Part shown: positions 35,449 through 39,032 of the stretch, piece after piece
Layout: every line of letters begins with the position of its first letter
How positions within the stretch are numbered: position 1 is the first letter of the stretch
Virus record (IMG/VR): IMGVR_UViG_3300007539_000056
Span: 1-39,032 of that record
From: a virus
Taxonomy: Duplodnaviria > Caudoviricetes
Length of the DNA: 39,032 nucleotides
Strand: one strand, 5' to 3'
Program-made: the position numbers and the translations under genes
The notes under the pieces: generated by a model
Database searches by the model: none
The model's input: the letters and a program-made list of their open reading frames with translations, nothing else
Told to the model about the DNA's origin: nothing

Positions 35449-37734
35449 TTATCCAGCTTTTAACATCAACATTCCACCACGTAAAGCTATCTGTGGAGTG
35501 TAAATTGCAAACGTGTCTTCAAGCTCGTCATAGCCACCATCATTGCTGGATCTTTCCTTTACAGTAAGATATTTTTTATAATCACTTATTGTTAAAGTAT
35601 ATGTTGAAGAAGTTTCTCCAACGATTGCTGTTAAGTTTGTTCCATTGATATCATCTGCACGATACCATTGGTAAGTTTTAGTCATGGTTCCGTTGTTTTG
35701 AGAGTCCCACACGCCAGAGGAAATGGAAAGCGTATAGCCAACCCTAAAGTCGCCCGAAATAGATGCTGGCACAACGTTAACTGGTTCTGGACCGGAACTA
35801 TATTCTGGAATTTCGTTAGAGCTTAAATCTCTATCAAATATTGCCACATCTGAAATAGAGCCATCCCAAGTTGTATTAGAGGCGTTATGCTGTCCGCCAA
35901 AAGAAATAGAAGCCTCGGCCTGAGTCGTATTCGCCTGCGAAGTAAGACTTGTTGATATTGAGTTATCTAAAGATCCATCAATCCATATTTCAACAGATAA
36001 ACCAGCACGAAAAACACCCGCTACATCATGCCATTCCGTGTCAGGTCTAGTAAAATAGCTAGAAACAACGCCCGCAGAAGGACCAGAAACGGTTTCTGCT
36101 ACACCGAAAGCAAAATTAGAGCCACCTGTCCCAGCAGCATAACCACCTAAACCCATACCTAAAGCACCGTTATTCCCTGAATTTGAAAATATTTTTCTAC
36201 TACTCGTATGCCAGTCAGATTGAGACCGGCTCAAGATAGTACAGGAACCAGTCGGTAGATAATGATTTAGACCAACTATGTCTATACCGTAATTTAATGA
36301 ACTAAAATCCATAGCTTTGGTATCCCAGCTTTTAATGCCGGGGGTAGATATGTCTTGGGTTGCAGCAGATCCAGCTAGATTTATAAGCGTTCCGTTCCAA
36401 CCATTTCTGCTAGAATCTTTAACAACATCCGTATCATCGTTATCGTTCAACCTGTAATACGCAAGCAAAGCACTATCGTAAATATGCTTCCCCTTACCAA
36501 ACAAAGCGTTGTAGCTAATATAATCTATCTCACTACCAGCAGTAACAGCCGCAGTATAAGATGTTTCATAAACTTCAAGCGGGTCAGTTCCGCCATCATT
36601 TTCGGCAGAAATCGCAAATCTTAAATATCTTCCAGAAAGGCTAGAATTATTTATTAATATTTTCTGCGAGGTTAAAAACGTAGTAATTTCTTTTTCTAAT
36701 CTCTCATCTGAGCCAGCCGTATCGCTGTAACTATACATTTTATATGTATATCTTATCGCCCCGTTGGATTGCGAGTTCCACGTTCCGGCGTTGATTGTAA
36801 TGAAACTTCCCACAGCGGGCGTGCCTGATATTGTGGGCATTACTTGTGCGTATGGTTCTGGGCCGGAATAGGCTTCTGAAATTTCATCCGACGACAATTC
36901 GCGACTAAACATAGAGACACCAGCAAGATAGCCACCTCCACCAATATAAAAACCGGCGTTAATACCATATACTACCGTCGCCCCATCCGGTCTTTCCGCC
37001 TTTAAAACGCCATCTTGATATATTTTTCTGTTAAGATCCTTAATAACATAAGCACCATGATACCACGTTTCGGGCTGTAGTCTATCTACACCAGTGTTTG
37101 GAGTAACAGTTAAACTGTTACCAGTGTAGTCGCCGGTGCTACCCGTGAAAGCAGTCCAACCAGCATTGTTTTGACTATGAATTCCAAAATAATAATCAGA
37201 AGGTGCTAAAGGGTTGGAGTGAGCAAGCCTTCTAAACATTTGCAAAGAACGAAAACTTGGACCCATGTTAGTCCATCCAATAAGTGTTATACCTTGCGAC
37301 TCTGGAATGTCAGCCCAGTCTATTTTAGTGGAGGTATTAACACCGAACGCTATTTCTCCCGGATCATAGCCGCTGTCCATACCCGGAATGTGTAAAGATC
37401 TAGGCAAATATCCTTTAGGCCCATCTTCATAGGAAAGGTCAGAAGTTGTCCCAAACGAATACTCCCCACCAAGCGTGCCGAAGCGATCTTTAAAGTATCC
37501 ATTCCTTCCGTTTCCGCTGCTGTCTCTCACCAAGGTTGTGTTATCATTATCCTGCATCTCAAAATTAGCAGCAAGATTTTTATCAGGCCCATCATAATGC
37601 CCCTTACCGAAAAGGGCGTTATAACATTGTGTGGCGACAGATGTAGGAGCATAGAACTGTCCAAATGGGCGAAGGTCTGTTCCTGCCCCTTGGTCTGTAT
37701 CTACAAGCGTGTTAAAGGTATAAAAGGTTGTCAT
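35449..37734 (-). CDS. Tandem (LamG/ConA-like lectin + Ig-like) x2 virion adhesin
   Basis: 761 aa. Two ~370-aa units: YNALFGKG..DSSxNGxNG..W[Y]HxA..[YW]xDG..F[SD]RxLSSxEI (LamG), then PEP..PxISG..VG..GxWxSQ (Ig-like). Confidence 0.8.
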   Translation of the reverse strand: MTTFYTFNTLVDTDQGAGTDLRPFGQFYAPTSVATQCYNALFGKGHYDGPDKNLAANFEMQDNDNTTLVRDSSGNGRNGYFKDRFGTLGGEYSFGTTSDLSYEDGPKGYLPRSLHIPGMDSGYDPGEIAFGVNTSTKIDWADIPESQGITLIGWTNMGPSFRSLQMFRRLAHSNPLAPSDYYFGIHSQNNAGWTAFTGSTGDYTGNSLTVTPNTGVDRLQPETWYHGAYVIKDLNRKIYQDGVLKAERPDGATVVYGINAGFYIGGGGYLAGVSMFSRELSSDEISEAYSGPEPYAQVMPTISGTPAVGSFITINAGTWNSQSNGAIRYTYKMYSYSDTAGSDERLEKEITTFLTSQKILINNSSLSGRYLRFAISAENDGGTDPLEVYETSYTAAVTAGSEIDYISYNALFGKGKHIYDSALLAYYRLNDNDDTDVVKDSSRNGWNGTLINLAGSAATQDISTPGIKSWDTKAMDFSSLNYGIDIVGLNHYLPTGSCTILSRSQSDWHTSSRKIFSNSGNNGALGMGLGGYAAGTGGSNFAFGVAETVSGPSAGVVSSYFTRPDTEWHDVAGVFRAGLSVEIWIDGSLDNSISTSLTSQANTTQAEASISFGGQHNASNTTWDGSISDVAIFDRDLSSNEIPEYSSGPEPVNVVPASISGDFRVGYTLSISSGVWDSQNNGTMTKTYQWYRADDINGTNLTAIVGETSSTYTLTISDYKKYLTVKERSSNDGGYDELEDTFAIYTPQIALRGGMLMLKAG

Positions 37735-38990
37735 AGTGTAAATTGTGCCGCCCTTAAAACAGCACCCCCTCCTGCTACATTATTTAAATTGAAGTCGCCA
37801 TTTCCTGCATCAACAAACGGGTCAGCAGTAAGCGTTATAACATCTGTCTCTAAACCAATATTATTATTTGGACAATTATATTGATATGACTTTGGTATAT
37901 CTGTAGTCACCTCAAAATAAGAAGCTGGATATACTGTATTATTGTTAAATAAGTATCCGCCGACGTTAACAAAAATATTATCTTCAAATACCATAGAGAT
38001 AGCGGTATCTGCCTTACTTAAAAACCACTGAGGCCCGACTATTACAGCAGACGGATTTTGCATATACCAAGCATCATTTGTTATATTGTAAAAAACAGTC
38101 CCAGAGCAAAATCCGATATAAGCATTAGATCTCATCCCGTAACCACAATCACTAACTATTGAATCTTGTATAAAGCATGAATTAAAGTTGCTATACGTAG
38201 CATATTCAAAATCATATATACCACATTCAATAAAAGCAACAGTGCCAGATGCGTAATAATTTGAAAATCCAGCACGCCCAGTAGTAGCCCCTAAACCATA
38301 CATTTTTGATCTATAAACATATGTATATGAACCATAGCTCATAGATGCCACAGCATTATTAAAATTAGTAACACTTCCACGTTCGCCAAATTGACAATAA
38401 AAAAGATTAAGATTCCCTCCGGTGACTGCTGTGGCAGTATTGCTAGCCACACAGTCGAACTTAACATTATAAAAGCTAATTGTTTTACCCTGAGCAGCAC
38501 TTAATACGCCAAAGTTTCCATTAGATTTAATTGTATAATTATTACCTTTAATTCTAATTATACATGTGTTGCTATTTGCCCCAGTTGCAGATATTGTTGA
38601 TGTTAAAACTTGATCTGTTTCTAGCTCTATTACGGTAAAAAACCCAAGCAGATCAAATATTTTTCTAGAATCAACATGATCTAAGGTTGCCCGCTTTCCT
38701 CCAATTGCCCAAGTTAAACCGGTTTCATCTACTGCGAAATTATCATCACAAGTTACCTGACTAGAACTATCTACACTAGCTATTATTGAATATTGTATAC
38801 CGCTAGACGTTTGAATCCATAGCAAGTCCCCAGCAGTTACGCCCGTGGTTTCGATTCCCGTAACAATTGGAGAGCCATTTGTAGTTTGCCCAGAAGAGCC
38901 ATAAACAGGAACGACTGGCCCTAATCCACTGGATTGTGTATCTGACCCAGTATTAGCATTAAATATTATATTTCCATTTGGATATGTCAT
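37731..38990 (-). CDS. Right-handed beta-helix (pectin-lyase-like) virion protein
   Basis: 419 aa. N-terminal TGSD, Cys/Asn ladder strands and the C-cap DPFVDAGNGDFNLNN typical of beta-helix proteins. Confidence 0.7.
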   Translation of the reverse strand: MTYPNGNIIFNANTGSDTQSSGLGPVVPVYGSSGQTTNGSPIVTGIETTGVTAGDLLWIQTSSGIQYSIIASVDSSSQVTCDDNFAVDETGLTWAIGGKRATLDHVDSRKIFDLLGFFTVIELETDQVLTSTISATGANSNTCIIRIKGNNYTIKSNGNFGVLSAAQGKTISFYNVKFDCVASNTATAVTGGNLNLFYCQFGERGSVTNFNNAVASMSYGSYTYVYRSKMYGLGATTGRAGFSNYYASGTVAFIECGIYDFEYATYSNFNSCFIQDSIVSDCGYGMRSNAYIGFCSGTVFYNITNDAWYMQNPSAVIVGPQWFLSKADTAISMVFEDNIFVNVGGYLFNNNTVYPASYFEVTTDIPKSYQYNCPNNNIGLETDVITLTADPFVDAGNGDFNLNNVAGGGAVLRAAQFTL

Positions 38991-39032
38991 ACTGTCACCT
39001 CTAAATTTCTCAGTATTTGCCCAGCACCCACA
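38987..39032 (-). CDS. 3' end of an upstream gene, probable paralog of the 419-aa protein
   Basis: Reads VGAGQILRNLEVTV* with an ATGA overlap, and resembles the 419-aa C-terminus AGGGAVLRAAQFTL*. Only 14 codons are visible. Confidence 0.5.
   Translation of the reverse strand, partial: VGAGQILRNLEVTV

Noticed and set aside
99-37884. Short plus-strand and alternate-frame ORFs in the ORF track
   Set aside because: They lie inside long, coupled minus-strand genes, show no recognisable motifs and read as antisense shadows (e.g. the ATTLSS and KAVAED repeats come from the Gly minisatellite).
1-39032. Alternative genetic code (stop-codon reassignment, as in some large phages)
   Set aside because: Coding density is near complete in the standard code, and TAA, TGA and TAG all end genes right at the next gene's start.

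Overview
This window is a 39-kb piece of the virion morphogenesis operon of a large tailed dsDNA phage (Caudoviricetes). It is probably siphovirus-like, since it has a tail tube and tape measure but no sheath gene in the window. All real genes lie on the minus strand, tightly coupled (ATGA/TAATG overlaps), in the standard genetic code. In transcription order: an array of adhesin/decoration genes (beta-helix, LamG-Ig and a 4x-module beta-helix protein), head-tail joining genes, a tail tube protein with an internal duplication, three chaperone-position genes (two are paralogs), a 3267-aa tape measure protein (TMP), tail-tip genes, a Cys-rich protein, two glycosyltransferase-like genes and a truncated structural gene. 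The most interesting signals are: (i) a TMP built from four DxxPAMLxxGE[FY]V / [FY]AxGG repeat clusters that bracket apparent enzymatic cargo (an HExxH zincin-like peptidase and a possible PD-(D/E)xK nuclease-like domain); (ii) a ~300-aa conserved-cap/variable-core beta-helix module present five times in two genes, with near-identical DNA junctions; (iii) glycosyltransferases coupled to tail-tip genes (possible virion glycosylation); (iv) chaperone paralogs apparently replacing the usual G/GT frameshift; (v) a recurring TGTGTAT intergenic motif. Product calls rest on motifs and synteny read by eye; no database search was run.
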